A DNA stretch of 64,000 nucleotides, taken from NCBI GenBank assembly GCA_963674785.1, contig OY771555.1, positions 1,280,001 to 1,344,000 of the forward strand, written 5' to 3'. The notes under the pieces are model-generated. The model was not told the origin of the DNA and searched no databases. It worked only from the letters and a program-made list of their open reading frames with translations. The translations under genes and the position numbers were made by a program. Below are positions 38,308 to 51,941 of the stretch, piece by piece (position 1 is the stretch's first letter; each line of letters opens with the position of its first letter). This stretch comes from Caldisericia bacterium (GTDB lineage: Bacteria; Caldisericota; Caldisericia; JAAYUI01).

Positions 38308-39387
38308 ATGAATAACCTACTTCGATTGTTTAAGAAAATAAACAAGAGATTTTTGACCAAAAAGACAGTAATACTGACTGTTTTGATCCTTCTTGTCGGA
38401 TTATTTATCCTTGCATCATTTGTGACTTTTAATCTTGATGCTGTGACTAATTGGGACACTTTTGCAGGACATATTTGGTCAGAATTTTGGAATTTGATTA
38501 TTTATCTAATTGGTGGCGCGAAGGCTGCCTCAATAACATATGAGGGGTGGTTGAAGATTGGGATTGTTACGGTAATCTTCAAGACTATCCTTTCAGCTCT
38601 TGGTGTTTTGGTGACTGGTTTTACAGTTGCTGCGATTACAAGCTATCTTGTTGAAAAAGTTTTAAGGAGGCTTATGGGTATGGGTTTACCTGTTCTTTCA
38701 AATCATACAGTTGTTTGCGGTTGGAACGCAAGTGCAGATCTTATCGTCAAAAGGATTCATGATGAAGACCCTGATGAGTTGATTGTTTTGGTCTGTGAAA
38801 GAGGAGAGGCTCCAAAGACTGGTAAAAACCTTTATTGGGTGAAGGGTGATCATACGAAGACAGATATTCTAGACAAATCGTATGTAAAAAAAGCACATAC
38901 TGCAATTATCCTATCTGACTTAGAGGCAGCAGGAGGCTCAAGAGAGCTTGCGGATGCAAGAACGGTGCTTGCAGTTTTGGCAATTGAGAGTATGCATCCA
39001 GAAATCCACTCTGCGGCAGAGCTTCTTGACCCAAGCAACAAACCACATCTTGCCAGAGCAAATGTAGATGAGATTGTTATCTCTGGAGAGCTTTCTGGAA
39101 CAATTCTTTCAAGAGTTTCGGAAAATAAAGGTTTATCAAGGATTGTAAAATCACTCTTGCAGGTTGGCGAAGGTAGTGAGATATACAGAATTGGAATTGT
39201 TCCAGAAAAATTTAAACAAATGAAATTTGGTGACCTTTATCTTGAATTATACAAAACCAAGCATTATGTGTTGCTGGGTTTTGAAGATGATTCTGGAGAA
39301 TTCCATCTTTCCCCGCCCTATGATTCAAAGATTGATGTGGCAGAAGCTATGTATATTATCTCCGAAGATAAACCGATTTTTGCCTAA
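38308..39387 (+). CDS. Ion channel-like membrane protein with RCK/TrkA-N domain
   Basis: N-terminal TMs; HTVVCGWN, WVKGD, ADARTVLAVLAIE, ANVDEIV. Confidence 0.8.
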   Translation: MNNLLRLFKKINKRFLTKKTVILTVLILLVGLFILASFVTFNLDAVTNWDTFAGHIWSEFWNLIIYLIGGAKAASITYEGWLKIGIVTVIFKTILSALGVLVTGFTVAAITSYLVEKVLRRLMGMGLPVLSNHTVVCGWNASADLIVKRIHDEDPDELIVLVCERGEAPKTGKNLYWVKGDHTKTDILDKSYVKKAHTAIILSDLEAAGGSRELADARTVLAVLAIESMHPEIHSAAELLDPSNKPHLARANVDEIVISGELSGTILSRVSENKGLSRIVKSLLQVGEGSEIYRIGIVPEKFKQMKFGDLYLELYKTKHYVLLGFEDDSGEFHLSPPYDSKIDVAEAMYIISEDKPIFA

Positions 39388-39716
39388 TCTGAATTACCTT
39401 CCATAAAAGTTATACCGTTTCCGTCTGGGTCGGCTGTCACAAACATTGTGCAGCCCTCCCACTCGCTAACGAGTGATCTGTTTTCTCTGAGCTTCTCTTT
39501 TACCGAGTTGGGTTTTTTTGTTACCATTGTTATGCCGATTTTTTGTGCGTTTTTGTTGTCGGTTGCGTCCCAAAGGGCGAATTTGATTCCTGCAATCCTC
39601 ATAACGACAAAACCTTCTTCGTTACTCACGATTTGACCGCCAAGGATGTTTGAATAGAATTCCACCTGTTCTGTCAAATTCTTGCATCCAATTTCGAATC
39701 TTATTTCTTCAATCAT
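39384..39716 (-). CDS. VOC/glyoxalase family protein
   Basis: VEFYSNILG...ADPDGN. Confidence 0.8.
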   Translation of the reverse strand: MIEEIRFEIGCKNLTEQVEFYSNILGGQIVSNEEGFVVMRIAGIKFALWDATDNKNAQKIGITMVTKKPNSVKEKLRENRSLVSEWEGCTMFVTADPDGNGITFMEGNSD

Positions 39717-39782
39717 GGCACATCTCCAAAATTTGAGTTGACCAGCACTTTATAAATTCTACAATAGCTCATGGAGGTTTGA

Positions 39783-41636
39783 ATGTCAAAAAGGCTCTTT
39801 GTTATGAAGCCCTGGTTTTGGGTTGCTGTCAGCGCGTTGATTGTGTTTATGCTCTTCGGTTATTTTTATGCTTTGGTTGTTGAGGGCATAAGACCAATTG
39901 TTGTATTTGAAATAAACTCAGAGCCATCTGATGCATTTGTATACCTTAACGAAGATATAGTTGGGCGTACTCCTCATAGGTTTGAGGTTGAGTCTCGACT
40001 TTCAGGTGAGTTGAAGCTTGTTTCAGAAGGGTATAAAGACATCATCAGAACAATTGACATTGAGCCAGGTAAGAATGAATCAGTGATGTTTCATATGCGA
40101 AGAGATACAAAACTCACTGTGAATTCAAAACCTCAGGGAGCAAATCTTTATATTGACGGAAACTTGTGGGGATCAACACCTTGTGTTATTGAGGGCTTTA
40201 TTGATGCGGGTCACCATACAATAAGAGTTGAGATGCTCGACAGATGTTTTGGTGAGGTTGAAAAAGATATTGAATTAATGCTTGGCGAGGACATGGTTAT
40301 TAATAATGAGGAACTCATTCTTCCCGAATTAAACACAGTTACTATAAACTCACAACCACTTGGTGCAATTGTTTCCTCAGATGGTGAGGAATGGGGATTG
40401 ACACCTCTTACCAAGTGTTTGCCTTCCGGACAGTACACGATTTCATTTGAGAAGGAAAACTTTGCAACTGAGGAAAAACAGTTTGAGCTAAGCTCAGATG
40501 CGAGTGTTTATGTTAAGATGCTTGATCCTGAATCATATCTTAAACGTAACCACTTTGAAGTTGATGCAAATGTTGAAACAAAAGTGACGATGATACCAAA
40601 AAAAGCTGATAATTTCTCTCCAATTTTTGGTGTCCCCGTTGAGATAGGCACCTCTCTTACAAGCATTGATTCCGATGAGCTAATGGAGAAGGCTTCAATT
40701 GAGTCAAAGCCTTTTTCCTACATTGTTTTAGGAACAGCAAAGGGGTATGAACCAGGAATTACGGAAATGACTGGACCTGGAACAACATACTTCAATCTGA
40801 AAGAACTTCCCTCATCATCAAAGAGCTATCAGGGAAAATATAAATCTAGTTCAACATCAAGCTCGAAGCCAAGTGGGTTAACATCTCCCGATTCCAGCTT
40901 TGAAATCAAAGCTGATAAAAACTCTGCAGTTCTGACAGAGCTAAATGGAAAAACTCATAACCTGTATCTTCAGTCTGATTATAAACATAATGAATTCACT
41001 TGGTCGGATGACAGCAGATGGTTGTGGTATTTCAGAAATGATGAAGGGAAAAGGGAGCTTGTAAGGCTTGATACTGACACAATGGAGATTGAACCAATCG
41101 ATTCCTTTGATTTGTCTGAATTCAACGCATCTGAGATTATCCCCGATAATATTTTTGGCTGCATGACATCTGTTGATTATTCTGAAACTGCAACAAGAAT
41201 CTATTATCTTGTTCCCGGTTCTGTTAAAGACAAATTGACTCTTGTTTCGAATTCTCCTGCAGGTGGGAACAAAACCATCATTGCAAAAAATCTTGTTCCA
41301 GTTGTTGATAAATGGTCTGTTTGGCTTGAATCTTCAAATGTCTTGAAGTTAACCGGATACTTCCCTGGGTTAATTAAACATGATGGTTACTATCTTCTTG
41401 ATAATGAAGAGTCTGTACATTTTGAGATCACATCAAACCCAAATTCAAATATCAAAGTTGGACAACTAAAGCAAGTCAGTGGTTCAGATATTACCATGTT
41501 CCCTTCCGCAGCCTTTGTTAAGAGAAAGGGAAAAGATATCATAATCTCAGCCCAACTTTACAAGGGTATATCGATAGTTTTTGTCTACCACCCAACAAGC
41601 GATGAGTATGAGCTTTTAGATATCAAGATTGATTAG
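39783..41636 (+). CDS. PEGA domain membrane-anchored protein
   Basis: Three INS-x-P-x-GA-x-V...G-x-TP type repeats after an N-terminal TM; SD GGAGG. Confidence 0.85.
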   Translation: MSKRLFVMKPWFWVAVSALIVFMLFGYFYALVVEGIRPIVVFEINSEPSDAFVYLNEDIVGRTPHRFEVESRLSGELKLVSEGYKDIIRTIDIEPGKNESVMFHMRRDTKLTVNSKPQGANLYIDGNLWGSTPCVIEGFIDAGHHTIRVEMLDRCFGEVEKDIELMLGEDMVINNEELILPELNTVTINSQPLGAIVSSDGEEWGLTPLTKCLPSGQYTISFEKENFATEEKQFELSSDASVYVKMLDPESYLKRNHFEVDANVETKVTMIPKKADNFSPIFGVPVEIGTSLTSIDSDELMEKASIESKPFSYIVLGTAKGYEPGITEMTGPGTTYFNLKELPSSSKSYQGKYKSSSTSSSKPSGLTSPDSSFEIKADKNSAVLTELNGKTHNLYLQSDYKHNEFTWSDDSRWLWYFRNDEGKRELVRLDTDTMEIEPIDSFDLSEFNASEIIPDNIFGCMTSVDYSETATRIYYLVPGSVKDKLTLVSNSPAGGNKTIIAKNLVPVVDKWSVWLESSNVLKLTGYFPGLIKHDGYYLLDNEESVHFEITSNPNSNIKVGQLKQVSGSDITMFPSAAFVKRKGKDIIISAQLYKGISIVFVYHPTSDEYELLDIKID

Positions 41637-41642
41637 ATGATA

Positions 41643-45379
<3,737 letters not shown>

Positions 45380-45382
45380 CGA

Positions 45383-46222
45383 TCATGAACTCCAATCAAA
45401 TTTGCTTTTTAAAACCTGATAGAAATTTTTGTTGCTGAGTCTAACAAGTTTTGCAGTGTATTGAGATTTTGTGGCAACCACTAAATCGTGTGGGATTATT
45501 GTATCAATTATATCTCCATCAGCAAAAAGTGAAAAATTTCCTTCAGGACTGTTTACATCTAGGGAGATTCTTTTTGAGGATGGAACGATTATTGGTCTCT
45601 GGTTCAATTTGTGAGGACAGATTGCTACAATTTCAAAATCTGAGCATTCGTGATCAAGGATTGCGCCGCCTGCTGAAAGTGCGTATGCTGTAGATCCTGT
45701 TGCAGTGGAAACAATCAATCCATCGCTTCTTGTTTCGCCAACTCTTTCTGAGTCTATGTATATGGTGGCGTCAACGAGTGGAGCATGAAAATCCCTGTAG
45801 ATGTAAATGTCGTTTAAAACATGCACCTCTCTAATTTTTTTTCCAGACCTAAGGATCTGACCCTTTAACATCTCACGGGTCTCTAACTTATATTCTCCTC
45901 TTATTATTTTAAAAAGAGAATTGTAAAGCTCATTTTCCTCAACTTCTGTTAGGTACCCAAGCCTGCCCATATTGATTCCAAGTACAGGAATATCAAACTT
46001 GGACGCAAGTCTTACTGCTCGAAGTAGCGTTCCATCACCACCAAGGGAGACAACCATGTCACATCCCTTTGGGAATTCTGGATTTGTAGGATAGTTGATT
46101 TTATCCTTTAAATCAGGTGGAATCTCTATACCCACATTGTGTGAAGTAAACCAGTTCGCGGTATCCTCTGAAATTCGAATAACAGGGTTTTTGAATTTTC
46201 GGAAAAAGAGACCTATTTTCAT
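45383..46222 (-). CDS. nadK: NAD kinase
   Basis: GGDGT, DGLIVSTATGSTAYALSAGG. Confidence 0.95.
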   Translation of the reverse strand: MKIGLFFRKFKNPVIRISEDTANWFTSHNVGIEIPPDLKDKINYPTNPEFPKGCDMVVSLGGDGTLLRAVRLASKFDIPVLGINMGRLGYLTEVEENELYNSLFKIIRGEYKLETREMLKGQILRSGKKIREVHVLNDIYIYRDFHAPLVDATIYIDSERVGETRSDGLIVSTATGSTAYALSAGGAILDHECSDFEIVAICPHKLNQRPIIVPSSKRISLDVNSPEGNFSLFADGDIIDTIIPHDLVVATKSQYTAKLVRLSNKNFYQVLKSKFDWSS

Positions 46223-47067
46223 TTGCCAATCAGTTCGGCAGCTCTTATTGTATTTTCCATGAGCATTGTTATTGTCATTGGGCCAACTCCACCTGGGGAT
46301 GGTGAGATTGCATGAGCAATATCTTTTACTGCTTCAAAATCAACATCTCCACAGAGCGTTCCATCTTCAAGTCTGTTGGTTCCAACATCAACAACCCAGG
46401 CACCTTTTTTGACCCAATTCTCATTGATCATCTTGGGTCTACCAATTGCAACCACAAGAAGGTCAGCTGTTTTTGCGACACAGTCAATGTTTTTTGTTCG
46501 TGAATGGCAGATAGTAACAGTGCAGTTTTTCTGGAGAAGCATGAGTGATACGGGTTTTCCAACAATATTAGATCTTCCGATGACAACCGCATGTTTTCCG
46601 GAGAAATCATAATCATATCTCTCAAGAAGTCTTATTACTCCAGCAGGGGTTGCAGGTTCAAAAATTGGACTTCCAATTGTTAGTTTTCCAACAGAAGTTG
46701 GATGGAAACAATCGACATCTTTTTTTGGAGAGATGCTCTCAAGGATGGTCTCTTCGTTGATATGGTCTGGTAAAGGAAGTTGAGTGAGTATTCCTGACAC
46801 TGATTTATCATTGTTGAGTTTATCGATAAGTTGAAGTAGTTCTGCTTCTGTTGTTTCAGCTGGTAGGTTGATGGTTTCGGAGTCAATTCCAAGCTTTTTG
46901 CAGCGTTTGCCTTTCATGCGTACATACACCGCAGATGCAGGATCATCACCAACAAGAACCGCTGTTAGTTTTGGTGTGATTCCTTTTTCTTTTAGCTGTG
47001 CAACCTTCTCCTTTTGTTTGGTTGAAAACTCTTTTGCGAGATTTTTTCCATCTAATAAGATTTCCAT
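46219..47067 (-). CDS. folD: Methylenetetrahydrofolate dehydrogenase/cyclohydrolase
   Basis: YVRMK, KDVDCFHP, GRSNIVGKP, PGGVGPMT. Confidence 0.97.
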   Translation of the reverse strand: MEILLDGKNLAKEFSTKQKEKVAQLKEKGITPKLTAVLVGDDPASAVYVRMKGKRCKKLGIDSETINLPAETTEAELLQLIDKLNNDKSVSGILTQLPLPDHINEETILESISPKKDVDCFHPTSVGKLTIGSPIFEPATPAGVIRLLERYDYDFSGKHAVVIGRSNIVGKPVSLMLLQKNCTVTICHSRTKNIDCVAKTADLLVVAIGRPKMINENWVKKGAWVVDVGTNRLEDGTLCGDVDFEAVKDIAHAISPSPGGVGPMTITMLMENTIRAAELIGK

Positions 47068-47076
47068 CTTTTCCCT

Positions 47077-48705
47077 CTACATTCCTGTTATAATTCCATC
47101 GTTTGTTACATCGAGTTCTTCTGCTCTTGGAATTTTTGATAATCCTGGCATAAGCATAATATCTCCACAAACAGCCACAATAAATCCAGCACCAGCTGAG
47201 ACTTTGACTTCTCGAACGCGTATCTTGAATCCTGTTGGTGCACCCAAAAGCTTTTCATTATCGCTGAAGCTGTACTGGGTTTTTGCCATACAGATTGGAA
47301 GTCCTGAGTATCCGAGGCTTTCAATTCGTCTGATGTCTGACTTGGCGCGACTTGTGAATCTTACACCATCTGCTCTGTATATCTCTTTCGCAATAATCTC
47401 AATTTTATTTTCGATAGGCTGGTTGTAGTCATAGAGTTGTTTGTAGTTTGCAGTACCAGATGCAATTGATCCCACAACTTTTTGTGCAAGCTCGATTGCT
47501 CCTTCGCCACCTGCTTCAAAATTCGTGTTGATCGCGCATTCAACACCCTCTTCGCTCAGAAGGCTTCTTACGAGTTCAAGTTCTTCTTCGAGATCATTTG
47601 GGAATTTGTTGATGGCCACAACGGGCACAATGCCATATTTTTTGATGTTTTCTACATGTTGTTTGAGGTTAACAAAACCTTCTTTGATGGCGTCTTTATT
47701 TGGTTGAGATACGAATTTCTTTTTGACTCCACCGTTGTATTTTAGTGCTCTAACTGTTGCAACAATAACTAGCGCAGATGGCTCTAAGCCTTTGCTTGGT
47801 GCGACAATGTCTAAGAATTTCTCAGCACCGAGGTCAGCACCAAAACCGCATTCTGTGACAACATAATCACCAAGAGCAAGTGCAAGTTTTGTTGCAATAA
47901 TGGAGTTTGTACCATGAGCGATATTAGCAAATGGACCACCATGCATAAGGGTTGGCGTTCCCTCAAGTGTTTGAATGAGGTTTGGTTTAATGGCATCAGC
48001 AAGTAGAGTAGCCATTGCACCTGTTACATTGAGATCATCGGGAGTTACTGGTTTATCATCAGTTGTGTAGGCACAAATCATTCTTCCAAGGCGTTTTTTT
48101 AGGTCAGTAAGATCATCACTCATGCAAAGAACTGCCATTATTTCAGATGCTGCAGTTATCAGGAAGCCATCATCCCTTGTTGCACCATTTCCATCACCAA
48201 GACCGATGATGATTTCTCTTAGAGCTCTATCGTTCATATCCATGGCACGTTTCCATGGTACCTGTCTGATGTCAATTTTTGGGTCAAGACCAAATTTGAC
48301 TCTATTGTCTATACATGCAGATAAAAGGTTGTTAGCAGATGTGATTGCATGAAAATCACCTGTGAAATGTAGATTGATGTCAGTACTTGGAACAACAGTT
48401 GATTTTCCACCACCAACTGCTCCACCTTTCATCCCCATTACCGGACCAAGTGATGGTTCGCGAAGGGCGATAATTGGGTTTTTTCCAAGTCTATTCAACG
48501 CGTCTCCAAGACCGATCGATGTTGTGGTTTTTCCTTCACCAAAGGGAGTTGGATTGATTGCAGTTACAACAATAAGTTTTCCTTTGGAAGTTCCACAATG
48601 TTTTAAAAGTGTCGAGTTTGCGATCTTTGCTTTGTGTTTTCCAAATTCTTCAATTTCATCACGAGATAAGCCAATCTTTTTAGCGATTTCATGAATCTGC
48701 TTCAT
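47077..48705 (-). CDS. fhs: Formate--tetrahydrofolate ligase
   Basis: PTPFGEGKTTT, REPSLGP, HGGPFANIAHG, CMAKTQYS. Confidence 0.97.
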   Translation of the reverse strand: MKQIHEIAKKIGLSRDEIEEFGKHKAKIANSTLLKHCGTSKGKLIVVTAINPTPFGEGKTTTSIGLGDALNRLGKNPIIALREPSLGPVMGMKGGAVGGGKSTVVPSTDINLHFTGDFHAITSANNLLSACIDNRVKFGLDPKIDIRQVPWKRAMDMNDRALREIIIGLGDGNGATRDDGFLITAASEIMAVLCMSDDLTDLKKRLGRMICAYTTDDKPVTPDDLNVTGAMATLLADAIKPNLIQTLEGTPTLMHGGPFANIAHGTNSIIATKLALALGDYVVTECGFGADLGAEKFLDIVAPSKGLEPSALVIVATVRALKYNGGVKKKFVSQPNKDAIKEGFVNLKQHVENIKKYGIVPVVAINKFPNDLEEELELVRSLLSEEGVECAINTNFEAGGEGAIELAQKVVGSIASGTANYKQLYDYNQPIENKIEIIAKEIYRADGVRFTSRAKSDIRRIESLGYSGLPICMAKTQYSFSDNEKLLGAPTGFKIRVREVKVSAGAGFIVAVCGDIMLMPGLSKIPRAEELDVTNDGIITGM

Positions 48706-48717
48706 TTTTTCCTTTCT

Positions 48718-49071
48718 CTAGCTTACTAGTTTTATGATCCAATATAGAGCAAGACCTAGGATCGTATTAAACATCAAAAACATGATGTAGCAGTACACCT
48801 TTTTTGTCTTGTCCTCTGGTTCCCACCATAATGGTAGGATAAAGAAAAGTGCGATGTTGGTTGCAACAATAATGATAATAAACTGAAGATCACCGAAAAA
48901 TACTCGGTATCCAAGCTGTATAAATGCCGTGAAAACAGCACTATACCAGATTGATGTTGACGACATTTTTTCGCCAGTGACCATTCCTGAAATTGCTCCA
49001 GCGGCATAAGTGAGCAACAAAGAAGTAAGCGTCCAGATTGAGTCTCTAACAAGGTTGATTCTAATATACAT
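48718..49071 (-). CDS. Small membrane protein
   Basis: About four hydrophobic helices; SD GGAGG. Confidence 0.7.
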   Translation of the reverse strand: MYIRINLVRDSIWTLTSLLLTYAAGAISGMVTGEKMSSTSIWYSAVFTAFIQLGYRVFFGDLQFIIIIVATNIALFFILPLWWEPEDKTKKVYCYIMFLMFNTILGLALYWIIKLVS

Positions 49072-49083
49072 ATTTCCTCCAGA

Positions 49084-50664
49084 TTACTTTTTCATATCAT
49101 AGATTGTAACAGAACAAGTTTGGTCTGCCAGTGTGTTTATGTTTTCTCGTTTAAAGTAAATATAAACTGCTGCAATAATCATGATTATTGAGATGATAAT
49201 TGCCTGAGTTATCTGTGATCCGAATGGATATGCAATTGAGAAAAGAATCACAGACTGGGTTTGTGTGACTATCATGTTTATGTACGAAAACAAAACGTTT
49301 GTGAGAACAATACCTGCTATTCCAGCCAAAATAATAAGACCTTTGTTGATTTTCACAGTTTTTTGTCTGAGAGCCCATATGATAACCATTGTGAGTGCAA
49401 ATATGATTGTCATGAGACATACCCTTGTGATTATTGGGACACCAATTTGATATACGGCCTCACCAATGCTCGCGTATGTTCCGACTATCTTGTTTCCGTA
49501 GGGGAGAATCTGCTTACCAACTGTGTTGATGTTTGAGATTCCATTTAACCCTTCAAATATTGCTGGAGCAATTACGAATCCGACACCAAAACCAATCAGT
49601 TCCTTTGGTGTAGCGTTTTTAACATCGGCAACTATTCCAACCAAAAGAGGTGCGATACCCAGCATTAGTGAGGAAATGATTGAGATGATCGTCCAATAAT
49701 TCAGTATTGAATATGTACCCCAGAATGTTCCAGAAACTGGTGCAAGGAATTGGGTGATAATGAGGCCGATGAAGTATGCTCCAAGCCAGAATAATGCTCC
49801 CCAGATGATAAGTTTTCTGTTTCCTTTTTTGACCAAAATATATCCAATAATCCCCAGAAGCGTAATTAGGATTGGAAGCAAGAACGCAGTGTTTGGAATC
49901 TGTTTCTCTTCGGCAATTGTTGCTCTGACAATTCCTGTTGCTTCTTTTGCCTCGATGTATGCGGTATATGTTCCAGTCATCGTGGCTGGTTCGGTGTACA
50001 CAAATGAACTTTTTTCGTTTGTGAGTTCAGAGACTCTTATCTGATTCCCATCGGGATCAAAAATCCTTATAAAAAGACTTCCCTTGGATATATCACTTGA
50101 TTGGAAAAGGAGATTCAGGTTTTTCCCAACTTCGTCTATCTCATATTCCACTTCCTCGACGATACCTGTGAAATTGACAAGCGAAGGATTAAGTTTTTCA
50201 TATACAATCGCAGCGGTTAAATCTTCTGCGGAGAGTTCAAATCTATATTCTCCCTCTACCTCTGGAAGCCATTTGAATGTAAAAAATCCCCAGGACTCCT
50301 TTTGTTCTTCTGTAAGAGATTCTATTCTTTCGATTGCCTGCTCTTCGTTTGGTAATGGAAGGTCGTCTGCTGGTCTATTTGGGTAGACATATCCAGCTTT
50401 CATGGCATCAGAATAGATAGTTTTGCCATTTGGATCGTAAACCTTGATGTCTGCGTCTCCAGATTTTTTGTCGAAACCAATATAAAATCCGACAGGAACG
50501 TTATCTCCAACTGATTTAAAGGTTCTTTCAAGAATGATTCCGTTTGCGTTTTCGAATTCAATCGAGTTTTCCATTCTGTTCGTGACATCGACTTGAACAC
50601 TGCAACCAGCAAACATCAATGCTATAACAACAACCATCAACAAGGATATAATTTTTTTTCTCAT
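49084..50664 (-). CDS. Lipoprotein-like extracellular domain fused to a multi-pass membrane domain (possibly degenerate YhfC/PrsW-like)
   Basis: Lipobox MFAGC; soluble beta-rich region then about 7 TMs; start moved to MRKKII. Confidence 0.6.
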   Translation of the reverse strand: MRKKIISLLMVVVIALMFAGCSVQVDVTNRMENSIEFENANGIILERTFKSVGDNVPVGFYIGFDKKSGDADIKVYDPNGKTIYSDAMKAGYVYPNRPADDLPLPNEEQAIERIESLTEEQKESWGFFTFKWLPEVEGEYRFELSAEDLTAAIVYEKLNPSLVNFTGIVEEVEYEIDEVGKNLNLLFQSSDISKGSLFIRIFDPDGNQIRVSELTNEKSSFVYTEPATMTGTYTAYIEAKEATGIVRATIAEEKQIPNTAFLLPILITLLGIIGYILVKKGNRKLIIWGALFWLGAYFIGLIITQFLAPVSGTFWGTYSILNYWTIISIISSLMLGIAPLLVGIVADVKNATPKELIGFGVGFVIAPAIFEGLNGISNINTVGKQILPYGNKIVGTYASIGEAVYQIGVPIITRVCLMTIIFALTMVIIWALRQKTVKINKGLIILAGIAGIVLTNVLFSYINMIVTQTQSVILFSIAYPFGSQITQAIIISIIMIIAAVYIYFKRENINTLADQTCSVTIYDMKK

Positions 50665-50757
50665 CGGGCACATTTTATCATATTGGGTGAGTATGTAAAT
50701 TAGCAATCGAATTCAATGTTATTGTTAATCTAAAAAAAGTGATTAGAATTTTGTTTT

Positions 50758-51552
50758 ATGCTGAAGTTGGGTAAAAAAATCGGATATGGTTGGTCTGCTG
50801 AGGTCTTTGATTTGAATGAAGATCAGGTTTTAAAGCTATTTTTCAAAGATTATTCAAGAGATGAGATAGATAGTGAATTTGATATTTCAAAAAAGATTTT
50901 TAATGCAGGACTGCCGTCTCCAAAGACCTATGAAATGGTTGACGTTTCAGGAAGAATTGGGATTGTTTATGAAAAGATTGTTGGTAAATCCCTAATAAAG
51001 TTATTACCCGATAAGATTTTAGAGATGAATGCATATGCAAAGATTCTTGCAAGGATACATTTTGGTATACACAAGACCACGATTGATGGACTTAAAAGCC
51101 AGAATGAGCTTTATGAGGAATGGATTTCTGAAAATAAATACATTACACAATCTCAAAAAGCTAGAGTTCTCACAATTTTAAATGAGCTTCCAGAAGGAAG
51201 AACTCTTTGCCATAACGATTTACATCCCCCAAACGTTGTGATGACAAAAAATGGACCAATTGTTATCGATTGGGTTTCTGCTAGGTTTGGCGATCCATAT
51301 GCAGATGTTGCTTACTCAGAGATGATGATCAGAATGGGTGATTTAACGATGTTTCCTTATGGTAGAACAAGGATCAGGATGGGCAGGAATCTTTACAGTA
51401 AATTATACAGAAGACATTATCTCAATCTGAATCCTGGTGACTGGGACAGGGTAAAAAGATGGATGCCTGTACTTATTGCTGCTAGATTTCACTATCAATT
51501 CAAATCCGAGATTCCTGTTTTAAAGAGGATGCTTGGAAGCTACTTGAAATAA
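50758..51552 (+). CDS. Aminoglycoside phosphotransferase/choline kinase family protein
   Basis: IGYGWSAEVF, LCHNDLHPPNV, VIDW, GDPYADVA. Confidence 0.88.
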   Translation: MLKLGKKIGYGWSAEVFDLNEDQVLKLFFKDYSRDEIDSEFDISKKIFNAGLPSPKTYEMVDVSGRIGIVYEKIVGKSLIKLLPDKILEMNAYAKILARIHFGIHKTTIDGLKSQNELYEEWISENKYITQSQKARVLTILNELPEGRTLCHNDLHPPNVVMTKNGPIVIDWVSARFGDPYADVAYSEMMIRMGDLTMFPYGRTRIRMGRNLYSKLYRRHYLNLNPGDWDRVKRWMPVLIAARFHYQFKSEIPVLKRMLGSYLK

Positions 51553-51941
51553 CCGAAAATAAACCGAAAACCAAAAAAATACTATTACTCATCAAAACAT
51601 TATTTTTAGTTATATATATCCATATATTTAGTATTATTTATATATTAGACAATTTATGTACCTTTTCAGCAATAATTAGGTATTAATAATGACATTAGAT
51701 TACTATTAGTATATAACAGTAATTATTATATATATGATTGTATTGATTGATTATATTGCGGTATTTAGTAGCCCTTATATCGGCAATAATTCTGCAAAAA
51801 TGTGAATGGACGAAAATGCTATCATTTAATCAATCATAAAGCTATACTAACTAAAAGCTTTATTCATGAGATTTTTTGTAGTATTTTAAAGAAATCCTGC
51901 GTTGTCTTGTTTTTTTCGAGGTATATGCTAATATGTGTTTT

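Noticed and set aside
50758-51552. Aminoglycoside resistance gene
   Set aside because: Only generic APH/choline kinase motifs, with no mobile context; the substrate cannot be assigned
51553-51900. Possible oriC or DNA unwinding element
   Set aside because: No TTATCCACA-like DnaA box cluster seen and no dnaA, dnaN or gidA context
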